Part shown: positions 50,837 to 58,631 of the stretch, piece by piece
Layout: each line of letters begins with the position of its first letter
Numbering within the stretch: position 1 is the stretch's first letter
IMG/VR virus record: IMGVR_UViG_3300037470_000304
Location: 1 to 58,664 of that record
Length of the DNA: 58,664 nt
DNA from: a virus
Direction: 5' to 3' (one strand)
Made by a program: the position numbers and the translations under genes
Notes under the pieces: model-generated
Database searches by the model: none
Seen by the model: only the letters and a program-made list of their open reading frames with translations
What the model was told of the DNA's origin: nothing

Positions 50837-51924
50837 TGGCACGCGTTCGCCTGAAGCATGTGACTGCGGATCAGGACCGGCACGGCAACGTGCGATACTA
50901 TTTCCGCAAGCGCGGGCTCAAGGCGAAAACGCGACTGCCGGGGTTGCCAGGCGCCGAAGAATTTATGCGCGCCTATGAGGCGCTGCTAGCCGGCAACCCC
51001 TTGCCCGCGCCAAAGGGACAGAAGCCCCTTCTCGGCAAGGCCGACGCCACGTCATTGCGCTGGCTGTTCCAGCAGTATCTCGCCTGCCCCGAATTCAAAG
51101 TGCTGGACAAGAAAACCCGTTCCAGCCGAAACGGGGTTCTTCAAACGATCAGCCAATTGCCGATCTCCGAGGGACATTCAAGCAAGATCGGCGATGTCCC
51201 ATTTGCCGAACTGACCTCGAAAAATATCCGCCGCATTCGCGACCGCAAGGCTGAATTCCCCCAAGCCGCGAATAGCTGGCTGAAATCGCTGAAAGTGGTG
51301 TTCAAATGGGCCGTCGCGGCTGAGCATTGCGAGCACGATCCGGCGAAAGATGTGCCAAAGATCAAAAAGTTCAGCGTCGGACATCACGCTTGGTCGATGC
51401 AGGAAATCGCCCAATATGAGGCCGCGTATCCCATCGGCACGATGGAGCGTCTCGCCTTGGCGCTGCTGCTGTATACGGGACAACGCGTGTCCGACATTAT
51501 TTTATTTGGCCCGCAACATATCAGCAACGACGTCTTGCGGTTCACCCAAGTCAAAAACCGCAACCGCAAGCCGGTCACGCTGGCGCTTCCCGTGCTGCCG
51601 GCGCTGATGAAGATCATCGCGGCAACCCCGTCCGGGCATCTGACATTTGTCGTCACCACGCATGGCCAGCCATTCTCGGCAGAACAGTTCAGCAGACGTT
51701 TCAGCGCATGGTGTACCGCTGCCGGATTGTCCGAATGTACGGCTCACGGATTGCGCAAGGCGGGCGCGACATTCGCCGCCGAGAACGGCGCAACGGCCGC
51801 GCAATTAAAGGCAATCTTTGGCTGGGCACAACTTGCGCAGGCCGATGTTTATACTCGCAGCGTTGACCAGGAACGGCTGGCCGGGGATAGCATGCATCTC
51901 ATCCGCACGGCGGACAAATCCTGA
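50833..51924 (+). CDS. int: Tyrosine recombinase (phage integrase)
   Basis: TGQRVSD (Arg), HGLRKAG (H-x-x-R), ADVYT (Tyr). ATGA overlap with xis. Confidence 0.85.
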   Translation: MMARVRLKHVTADQDRHGNVRYYFRKRGLKAKTRLPGLPGAEEFMRAYEALLAGNPLPAPKGQKPLLGKADATSLRWLFQQYLACPEFKVLDKKTRSSRNGVLQTISQLPISEGHSSKIGDVPFAELTSKNIRRIRDRKAEFPQAANSWLKSLKVVFKWAVAAEHCEHDPAKDVPKIKKFSVGHHAWSMQEIAQYEAAYPIGTMERLALALLLYTGQRVSDIILFGPQHISNDVLRFTQVKNRNRKPVTLALPVLPALMKIIAATPSGHLTFVVTTHGQPFSAEQFSRRFSAWCTAAGLSECTAHGLRKAGATFAAENGATAAQLKAIFGWAQLAQADVYTRSVDQERLAGDSMHLIRTADKS

Positions 51925-51928
51925 ACGA

Positions 51929-52123
51929 ATGTGTCCCACTTTCAGTTTTGGGTTTCTGGCGGTGGGACAAATCGGCGAAATAAACCAACAAAAACAACGC
52001 TAAATTCCGCTTGACATATTCCCGACCGGAATATGGATATTCAATTAAATCAATAACTTAGCCAGAAAGTGGGGCACAAAACCCACCACCATTTCATTAG
52101 CTTTTTTGCCCTTTGTGTCCCAC
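51929..52123. promoter_or_regulatory. AT-rich attP-like region with repeated TGTGTCCCAC arm-type motifs
   Basis: tgtgtcccac at 51930-51939 and 52114-52123. Inverted copies gtgggaca at 51962-51969 and gtggggcaca at 52069-52078. Confidence 0.45.
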
Positions 52124-52217
52124 TCCAATAAGCGCCGATGCCAGTATCCGCGATCGCCGCGCCACCCCCGCAAGAACACACAACGAACACACCCCATCGA
52201 AGCAAATTGGACTATTG

Positions 52218-52252
52218 GTCTATTTTGGACTTGCGATGTTCCAAGTTTGGAC
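52218..52252. promoter_or_regulatory. Operator-like sites resembling the switch motif
   Basis: ggtctattttggacttg (compare gtccaattttggacttg at 40561) and ttccaagtttggac at 52239-52252. Confidence 0.35.
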
Positions 52253-52638
52253 CTAAGGTCTTCCAAGAGCTGACGCACGCTTCGCAATCAAACGTCAGCC
52301 AGTCACACACAGAACCAAGTGTATTCGCCGCCAGCGAGGCATAACTCGCGGGAATAGCGCATGCACGACTACACGGAAAACCGCTGCGGCTGTACCCCAT
52401 CCATCCATCCCGGACCGCAGCGATAGGGAAGGTCGCTGGCACCCGGCAGAGATCTTCCCGCCCTATCCCCGGCGACCTCATAAGGGCGTCGGGTTTGTCC
52501 GGCGTCGCTACCTATCCGCCGGACAGTGGAGAGACCGCGCCCAGCGAGCGGGGTCGGTCTCTCCCGCGGCCCAGTATGTTGCTTCCTCGCGCAGCCTGGG
52601 CCGCCCATTTTGACTGAGGCATTAACATTGGAGCTTTC

Positions 52639-52998
52639 ATGAAACGTTCTCTCCTCCTCATTGCCGTGCTCGGCACGCTGGCGACGCCGGTGTCCGCCGA
52701 CAGTTCGCAAGGCCCCGGCGCACCGATGCCGCTCGGCGGCGCTCAAGACGCCATCGTCCTATCCGCCGACACCACCCAGGCGGAAATTGACGCCCAGGTG
52801 CGCGCCAACATTGCCGCCGGCCGCGCCAGCTATGCCGAGATCGCGCGGGCTGGCGGTTGCAAGGCCGATTTCCTCCCCGCTGCGATCGCGGCCTATTGCT
52901 GGGCACAGATGATGAACGGTTGGCCTGCCTCGGCCAATCCGACCGGCGGCCCCATCGGCGCATCGTCTGGCGGCTCTGACGGCGGTTCCGCAGACTAA
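52639..52998 (+). CDS. Secreted small protein (signal peptide)
   Basis: MKRSLLLIAVLGTLATPVSA-DSS signal-like start. Confidence 0.55.
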   Translation: MKRSLLLIAVLGTLATPVSADSSQGPGAPMPLGGAQDAIVLSADTTQAEIDAQVRANIAAGRASYAEIARAGGCKADFLPAAIAAYCWAQMMNGWPASANPTGGPIGASSGGSDGGSAD

Positions 52999-53068
52999 CC
53001 CGAGAGGGTGAAAGGGGCGGCGAAGCTCTGGGGGCCGAGCCGCCCCGGTTTCCAGAGAGGGAGACGGA

Positions 53069-53248
53069 CATGTGGGTACTGATTTTCATTGTAGCCGTAA
53101 TCGGATCGCCGGCCACACCGGCGACCGTGCATCAGGAATTCCAGACGGAAAGCACCTGTCGAGGCGCCGAGGAGTCCATCTCGCGCCAGCTTCAGGAAAA
53201 AGGCTTGGCCGTGCATTGGGGCATCGTCGGCGGGTGCTTTCCGCGATA
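53069..53248 (+). CDS. Possible 59-aa exported peptide (below track cutoff)
   Basis: RBS gagagggag. MWVLIFIVAVIGSPATPATVHQEFQTESTCRG... Confidence 0.4.
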
Positions 53249-53311
53249 GGAGGCCACCATAAGCATCAGCGATTGGATTGCCGATCTGCGGGGCAGACCT
53301 CGGGCGCGCGA

Positions 53312-53464
53312 ATGAGCACGATGCGGACGGCCTTGACTGTCCTTGCTGCATGGGTCGCGGCCGCTATCGTCGCGGGCATCGTTTTTAGCCGGGTGGTCAC
53401 CAAGGCAAAGCGGCGGGGAGAACATCAAGATGCGGACAACGTGGATGACGAGCCCGCCGCATGA
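53312..53464 (+). CDS. Possible 50-aa single-TM peptide
   Basis: MSTMRTALTVLAAWVAAAIVAGIVFSRV... lies inside the track ORF 53072..53464, whose upstream part looks non-coding. Confidence 0.35.
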   Translation: MSTMRTALTVLAAWVAAAIVAGIVFSRVVTKAKRRGEHQDADNVDDEPAA

Positions 53465-53657
53465 GCAGTCATACGCCGGGGAAACTCTGAGGGCCGGCTG
53501 GGAGGTCCTACGGAAGGAAGATCGGATGCGGCCCGGCGGCCCGCTACGCGGGTAAAGTAACCGTGAAATCCGATCGATCCCAGCAACTACCGCAGTTAGT
53601 GGGTCGCGCCCTGTCGGGTTTCTGGGCGGTTGGGGCAAGCAATCCTCTATGCAAAGC

Positions 53658-53684
53658 CGGCTCGGCGGGCTGCGGTTTTATCGC
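53658..53684 (+). repeat. 27-bp direct repeat, copy 1
   Basis: cggctcggcgggctgcggttttatcgc, identical to 54002-54028. Confidence 0.9.
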
Positions 53685-53716
53685 CCGGAAGCTGAACCAA
53701 TCAAAGGAGGGAGACC

Positions 53717-53998
53717 GTGAAAACTGATGGGCGTGGGTGGACTGCCGAAGAGTATCGGAACGCACTGGACAATCTAGAACTTGCTCTGACCAACCTCGGC
53801 ATCGTCGATCTGGTGCGAAGTTGGGGCGAGCCGCGACACCGTCCGGAGCTGGGCGTCTCTCTCAAGACCAACTGCGGCACGGTGTATCGCATCCATGATG
53901 CCTACATGGTCGCCAATCGGATGATGAACAACGCGAAATCTCACCCAGATGAGGAGGAACACGATGCGCGTCGTAAGGACAGCCGATCTGGCGCCTGA
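53717..53998 (+). CDS. Hypothetical 93-aa protein
   Basis: AGGAGG RBS, GTG start. Confidence 0.5.
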   Translation: MKTDGRGWTAEEYRNALDNLELALTNLGIVDLVRSWGEPRHRPELGVSLKTNCGTVYRIHDAYMVANRMMNNAKSHPDEEEHDARRKDSRSGA

Positions 53999-54383
53999 GA
54001 TCGGCTCGGCGGGCTGCGGTTTTATCGCGAAAGGAACAGCCGTGGCGAACATCACAAAGCATGCGACCGGCGATCTGCCCCAATGGGCCAGCGATGCGTT
54101 GCGCGATCTCAATGTCAACTACCGACGCCTTGGCGGCGTTCAAACGGCGATGGGTCTCACGGACAAGGAAATGCAGGTGGCGCTGCTCATTCATCAGGGC
54201 GGCCATAGCAACAAGGCGATCGCCGTGATCCTCGGCAACTCCTTTCGCACCATCGAAGCTCACAGGTTGAGAATCCACGACGCGCTCGGGGTGGCAAATA
54301 GCATCCAGGCCGCAGTTAAACTGGAGCGCGCGATCGCTGCGCAGGAACGCGCCCGCATCGAACAATGCACGGGCCAGCGTTGA
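53964..54383 (+). CDS. LuxR/GerE-family HTH regulator
   Basis: LTDKEMQVALLIHQGGHSNKAIAVILGNSFRTIEAHRLRIHDALGV. The GAGGAGGA RBS favours the ATG at 53964. Confidence 0.65.
   Translation: MRVVRTADLAPEIGSAGCGFIAKGTAVANITKHATGDLPQWASDALRDLNVNYRRLGGVQTAMGLTDKEMQVALLIHQGGHSNKAIAVILGNSFRTIEAHRLRIHDALGVANSIQAAVKLERAIAAQERARIEQCTGQR
54002..54028 (+). repeat. 27-bp direct repeat, copy 2
   Basis: Identical to 53658-53684, in a different reading frame. Confidence 0.9.
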
Positions 54384-54530
54384 AATAATATTGCCGAAAC
54401 TATGCTGATGTACTGATGTAACCAAAATGCCATTACTACAACAATAGACCAAGCATATCGCATTTTACATTTTCGTTCCGTCGCGTTCCACTCTATGACG
54501 ACACCATGCTCTTAAGGAGCTGGGCACTAA

Positions 54531-55352
54531 ATGGGGAATTCAATTATGAAGACTTTCGCAACGCTGCTCGGCAGCGCCTGTGTTGTTGCGTACAGCGCAA
54601 ATTGTGGGTACGCCGCCGATGTCTACGGCGGGCAGTCGTATAAGGATGCGCCGACGGTCATCGCCGCCGATCCGGTATATTCCTGGTCCGGTCCGTATAT
54701 CGGTGCATCGGCTGGCTTCGGTGTCGGGCAGAGCGAGAATAACGTCACGCTCTCGGAGGACTATGAGGGTGATGAAAAAGGGGATTCGCTCCCGTTCCTC
54801 CCGTCTATCGACGAGCTGAGCGGCGCGGTCTACGGCGTGCATGCCGGCTATAACTTCCAACGCGATCGTATCGTTTTCGGCGTTGAGGCCTCGCTGAACG
54901 GCACCGATATCGACGGCACCAGCACGTCGCCGGGTCTACTCGGAAGCTTGATCCAGACCGAGACCGCGATTGACTGGTACGCAACCGCTGTTGCCCGCTT
55001 GGGCATAGCCTCCGGCAAGACGCTTTTCTATGGGTTCGGCGGCGTGGCTTGGGCGGGTGTGGACTCTAAGGCATCCGGCGTTCTCGGCCTGGACATCCCC
55101 GGCGCCAGCATCACGTTGAACAACAACAGCGAGACGCCGATTGGCTGGACGGCTGGCCTGGGCATTGAGCATGCGCTGGGCGCGAACTGGACGGCGCGCG
55201 TCGAATACGCGCATGTCGATCTCGGATCCACGAGTTCATCCGCGAGCGTTCTGTTCGACGGTGAGGAAACTGGCATTGTTTCCACGCATAGCCAGGATAT
55301 CGAGTTCGACACGATCAAAATCGGCGTGAACTACAAGTTCCCAGTCAACTAG
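54531..55352 (+). CDS. Outer-membrane beta-barrel protein, Omp25/Omp31/RopB (OMP_b-brl) type
   Basis: Signal peptide, WSGPYIGASAGFG, alternating beta-strand pattern, terminal IKIGVNYKF aromatic end. Confidence 0.75.
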   Translation: MGNSIMKTFATLLGSACVVAYSANCGYAADVYGGQSYKDAPTVIAADPVYSWSGPYIGASAGFGVGQSENNVTLSEDYEGDEKGDSLPFLPSIDELSGAVYGVHAGYNFQRDRIVFGVEASLNGTDIDGTSTSPGLLGSLIQTETAIDWYATAVARLGIASGKTLFYGFGGVAWAGVDSKASGVLGLDIPGASITLNNNSETPIGWTAGLGIEHALGANWTARVEYAHVDLGSTSSSASVLFDGEETGIVSTHSQDIEFDTIKIGVNYKFPVN

Positions 55353-55382
55353 CCATCGGAGATTAGACGCGCGACCAAGCAT

Positions 55383-55414
55383 TGCCGGGCCATTTCCTGA
55401 TCGGCGGCCCGGCA
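55383..55414 (+). terminator. Hairpin downstream of the OMP gene (weak terminator candidate)
   Basis: tgccgggcc (55383-55391) pairs with ggcccggca (55406-55414). The T-run is poor. Confidence 0.3.
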
Positions 55415-55505
55415 TTCCCCTCGGCGCTGGGGCCGAGGCGTCCGGGTGACGGCCCCCATCGCTCACCCGGACATCTTTTCAATCTTCATGCATGGATTTG
55501 AAACA

Positions 55506-55724
55506 ATGTCAGAACCGCAATTCCTTGAAGGCACCATCAAAAGCTACTCTGGCGAATACGGCTTTATCATCCCAGACGACGAAACCCTGCCAGTCATTTT
55601 CCTCCACGTATCCGTGGTGAAATTCTGCGGCCAGGATTGCCCGCTCAAGGACGACCGGGTGCGCTTCCGCTACAGCGACAGAGACGGCAAGCTTGCCGCG
55701 CGCTGGGTCGAGATTATCGGCTGA
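55506..55724 (+). CDS. Cold-shock-domain-like protein
   Basis: GTIKSYSGEYGFIIPDDETLPVIFLHVS resembles the CSD RNP motifs. Start uncertain (the track ORF starts at 55446). Confidence 0.45.
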   Translation: MSEPQFLEGTIKSYSGEYGFIIPDDETLPVIFLHVSVVKFCGQDCPLKDDRVRFRYSDRDGKLAARWVEIIG

Positions 55725-55748
55725 CGCCCCCACCCAAGGAGCATGCGC

Positions 55749-55964
55749 ATGAACGACAACATCAAAGCGTCAGCCCTGGAAGAAATCATCGCGGTGCTCG
55801 CCATCATCGTCGCCGCGATGCAGGACCAAGGCGTGCATTCCGGCAATGAGCTGCCGGATGATCAGTATGTGGAGGTCCATCTGACGGCGGGCGATATCCG
55901 GCGCGCCGTGGCGGCGCTCAATGCGGTGGGAAATTCAACAGCAAACAATTTGGGTGAGGATTGA
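55749..55964 (+). CDS. Hypothetical protein
   Basis: AAGGAG RBS 7 nt before the ATG at 55749. Confidence 0.45.
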   Translation: MNDNIKASALEEIIAVLAIIVAAMQDQGVHSGNELPDDQYVEVHLTAGDIRRAVAALNAVGNSTANNLGED

Positions 55965-55966
55965 AA

Positions 55967-56341
55967 ATGGACGCTAGCGATTTCATCGGCCTTGTTGCCA
56001 AAGCGGGGAATACACCCAAGGCGGCGCCATCACTTAGCGTTGAGGCGCGGCGGTTACTCGATCACTATAGCGACTACACGAAGGTCCATAAGTTTCAGCG
56101 CGGCGATCTCGTGAAGCTGAAAACCGGGTTGAGATGCAATTTCCGTTATCCGCACGGCGACCGGCCGGGCATCGTCTTTGAGGTTCTTGATCCGCCGCTG
56201 GCTGGCGGCGCAACGTCACCGTGCACTGCCGGGTCGCTTCTGGATTTGCGGATCGGTGTATTGGATGACGACGGCGATCTGATCCTGTTCTGCTATCCCA
56301 GCCAGTTGTTCGAGCCTTATGACGGGCCGATTGAAGCATGA
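55967..56341 (+). CDS. Hypothetical protein
   Basis: RBS ggtgagga before the ATG at 55967. Confidence 0.5.
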   Translation: MDASDFIGLVAKAGNTPKAAPSLSVEARRLLDHYSDYTKVHKFQRGDLVKLKTGLRCNFRYPHGDRPGIVFEVLDPPLAGGATSPCTAGSLLDLRIGVLDDDGDLILFCYPSQLFEPYDGPIEA

Positions 56342-56559
56342 CGCGACAGCCCGAGAGCGACAATCCGCGCGTTTATTCCGACACGCTGCACGCGATGAGC
56401 TGGGGTGAATATGCCCAGCTCGTGCTCACCGAAAGAGAAAAGCAGGAGACGCGCCGCAATGCCCGGCGCCTGCTGTGGCGGGCGCTTTGCTGGGTGGGGC
56501 TGCTGGCGGCGACAGCCGGGCTGCTGATGCTGTACGCGCCGCTGGTGATGGGGAGATAA
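56338..56559 (+). CDS. Small membrane protein
   Basis: C-terminal TM helix LLWRALCWVGLLAATAGLLMLYAPLV. Confidence 0.5.
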   Translation: MTRQPESDNPRVYSDTLHAMSWGEYAQLVLTEREKQETRRNARRLLWRALCWVGLLAATAGLLMLYAPLVMGR

Positions 56560-56561
56560 GC

Positions 56562-57047
56562 ATGACAGGCCCCAAACCCGCCACCCGGATTCGCGTCATC
56601 CGCAAACAGCAAGGGCTGACGCTCAAGCAGATCGCCTACGCTATAGGCACCACGCCGCAAACCGCGCAGCGGCTGGAGACCGGCAATATGACCGTCTCTA
56701 TGGAATGGCTGGAGAAGATCGCGCGGGCGCTGGATGTGCCGATCGCCGACCTTTTGGTGGAACGAACACAGATAAGCCCCGAGGATGTGGCCATCGAGAT
56801 GACGCGCGCGGAACTGATGCGCGCCCGCACCAATCCGCGCGAACGCAGCGTGCTGGCGTTCATGGAAGCCACTGGCCAGTACGCGGCAATGCTGATCGAA
56901 GGTCAAGCCGGCGTAAGGCCCTGGCAGGACGTCACCAAGGCGGCGGCCACGGCGGCGGCATGCGCGATCCGCATTGCACTGGATGGCGAGCCCGGCCGAG
57001 TAGCTGTCGCGCCGCCGGTGCTGGTGAGCAGTCGGGAGGTGGGGTGA
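56562..57047 (+). CDS. XRE-family HTH regulator with C-terminal domain
   Basis: IRVIRKQQGLTLKQIAYAIGTTPQTAQRLETGNMTVSMEWLEKIARALDV. Start trimmed to MTGPKP. Confidence 0.6.
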   Translation: MTGPKPATRIRVIRKQQGLTLKQIAYAIGTTPQTAQRLETGNMTVSMEWLEKIARALDVPIADLLVERTQISPEDVAIEMTRAELMRARTNPRERSVLAFMEATGQYAAMLIEGQAGVRPWQDVTKAAATAAACAIRIALDGEPGRVAVAPPVLVSSREVG

Positions 57048-57445
57048 TGAGCGAGCGAATTGAGATCGACGGCGAGCAATGGGAAATCCGCGAGACGCGC
57101 ACTGACATTTGGGTCGGCCGCGGCGCCGAGCCTCACAATCGCGGCTGCATCGTCAGCGCTCACAACAGAGATGCCTTGGTCAAGGGCATTCCCGGCGCTC
57201 GCGAGAAGCATCGCATGGGAGCGATTGCCATCGGCATGGAAGCCGCCATCGTCACCGCTTTCAAGGACGTGATCAAGAGCAACATGGCCCACGGTTGGAG
57301 GGGCAGCGAGCACTATGCCGAACGGCAGCAGAAGTTCGCCCAGCTCAAGATGATATGCGCCGATCTATGGCCATGGATTTTTGATGAACGCACCGCTCGT
57401 GATTTGGCGACGCCCGAAGCAGGTAGCCGGGAGGATGTGGCGTGA
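57047..57445 (+). CDS. Hypothetical protein
   Basis: ATGA-coupled to the XRE gene. Start trimmed to MSERIEI. Confidence 0.5.
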   Translation: MSERIEIDGEQWEIRETRTDIWVGRGAEPHNRGCIVSAHNRDALVKGIPGAREKHRMGAIAIGMEAAIVTAFKDVIKSNMAHGWRGSEHYAERQQKFAQLKMICADLWPWIFDERTARDLATPEAGSREDVA

Positions 57446-57705
57446 AGGTTGAACAGGACGCCTACGTGATCTGGTCGAACGAGCACCAACAATGGTGGCT
57501 TCCGATGGACGAGGGCTTCACGCGGTGGATCGAAGCTGCTGGTCGGTATACGCAGGAACAGGCTATAGAGCGTTCCGAGCCCTCCGTACGCGGCGATTAC
57601 AACACTGGCTATCTCCACTTGGAGCCTAAGCGGGTCCGTCGCGACGTTATGCTGCTCGCGCCGGAATGCATTGTCACGCTCACCACCCCACCGGCAGAAG
57701 CCTGA
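57442..57705 (+). CDS. Hypothetical protein
   Basis: GTGA-coupled 87-aa ORF. Confidence 0.5.
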   Translation: MKVEQDAYVIWSNEHQQWWLPMDEGFTRWIEAAGRYTQEQAIERSEPSVRGDYNTGYLHLEPKRVRRDVMLLAPECIVTLTTPPAEA

Positions 57706-57714
57706 ACAGCACCA

Positions 57715-57840
57715 TCATCCCATCCGCGCGAAGATCGCGATGGCATAAACCAAGACCGTGAAGACCATGAACCCGGCGAGCAGAACCCACCGGATATGCC
57801 GTGAGCGGATCGGACGGCGTGCGGCGTGTGGCGCTATCAT
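57715..57840 (-). CDS. Possible 41-aa single-TM peptide
   Basis: MIAPHAARRPIRSRHIRWVLLAGFMVFTVLVYAIAIFARMG. Only the 3' part of the track ORF 57715..58128 looks coding. Confidence 0.25.
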   Translation of the reverse strand: MIAPHAARRPIRSRHIRWVLLAGFMVFTVLVYAIAIFARMG

Positions 57841-57845
57841 TTCGC

Positions 57846-58103
57846 TCACCCGCCAAGCAGCGTGACAAAGACCTTGACGAACAGATCGATCGCCTGTTCG
57901 CGGCCCATATTCGCAAAAACGAGGCTTGCCATCGCGACACCCCATACAAGCCTCTCGCGCCAGCGCTCCAGCGTCTCGCGGAATGTTTCGAGCTCCGTTA
58001 GCCGGGTGTCGGCTTCTTCGGCCCACGTCTGAAGGTGAACTATGGCCGGGCCATGAAGTTCCGGGCTCAGCGGCGGCCTGAAGGTGATCGGGTGCCGCCG
58101 CAT
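57846..58103 (-). CDS. Small protein with hydrophobic C-terminal half
   Basis: 85-aa ORF at the end of the late strand. Confidence 0.45.
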   Translation of the reverse strand: MRRHPITFRPPLSPELHGPAIVHLQTWAEEADTRLTELETFRETLERWRERLVWGVAMASLVFANMGREQAIDLFVKVFVTLLGG

Positions 58104-58187
58104 TATGTCCTCGTGCTGTGATGTTCATCCCCGGAGAATAGCAGTCTTTTCAATTATTTCCGTCATGTGCTTCGTAATTCGGGGCAC

Positions 58188-58631
58188 CTATTGTGGCCCG
58201 AACTTCGCCGCGATCGCCAGCCCCAAGCCCACCACCGCCAGCAGATAGCCAACGACCGTGGTCACCCCCAGCCCCTTGCCGCTGCTCTCATAGCGGAACT
58301 GTTCGAGCTTGGCGATCCGATCGCTGAGAATGGTGGAAACGTCAGCAACCTGCGCGCCGAGCTTTTCCGCCTGCGCCCGGTCATTGGCGTCTTTCTGCCT
58401 GGCCAGATCGTTGACCCGCCGCGTCTCGGCCTCGCGCATGGCATTTTGATAGCGGGACTCCATCTCGCGGATGGCGCTCTGATGCGTGATCTCCGCGACG
58501 CGCATGGCGTCCTGGTATTTGCTCTCGGCGCGCACCAGATCGAGCACGTTCTTGGTGGGATCGATCGGCGCCATGGGACTTGCCGCCACGGGCGGTGGCG
58601 CTGTCATTTCTTCGTTGCCGCCATCCGACAT
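58188..58631 (-). CDS. Coiled-coil protein with C-terminal TM anchor (spans the contig junction repeat)
   Basis: 147 aa. ...GLGVTTVVGYLLAVVGLGLAIAAKFG. Its 5' end is duplicated at 1-94. Confidence 0.55.
   Translation of the reverse strand: MSDGGNEEMTAPPPVAASPMAPIDPTKNVLDLVRAESKYQDAMRVAEITHQSAIREMESRYQNAMREAETRRVNDLARQKDANDRAQAEKLGAQVADVSTILSDRIAKLEQFRYESSGKGLGVTTVVGYLLAVVGLGLAIAAKFGPQ

Larger units (their letters stand above)
1..58537. mobile_element. Complete circularly closed temperate phage genome (unit length 58,537 bp)
   Basis: Bases 1-127 are identical to 58538-58664. Integrase, excisionase, repressor switch, replication, packaging, head, tail and lysis modules fill the window. Nothing looks chromosomal. 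Confidence 0.85.

Noticed and set aside
52045-52287. 80-aa minus-strand ORF in the attP-like region.
   Set aside because: It lies in AT-rich repeat-bearing DNA, has no RBS, and has implausible composition. The region is better explained as att and operator sites.
53072-53311. 5' part of the 130-aa track ORF 53072..53464.
   Set aside because: It is Arg/His-rich and overlaps a better small ORF in another frame (53069..53248) that has a strong RBS. Only the C-terminal TM peptide portion was kept as a low-confidence CDS.
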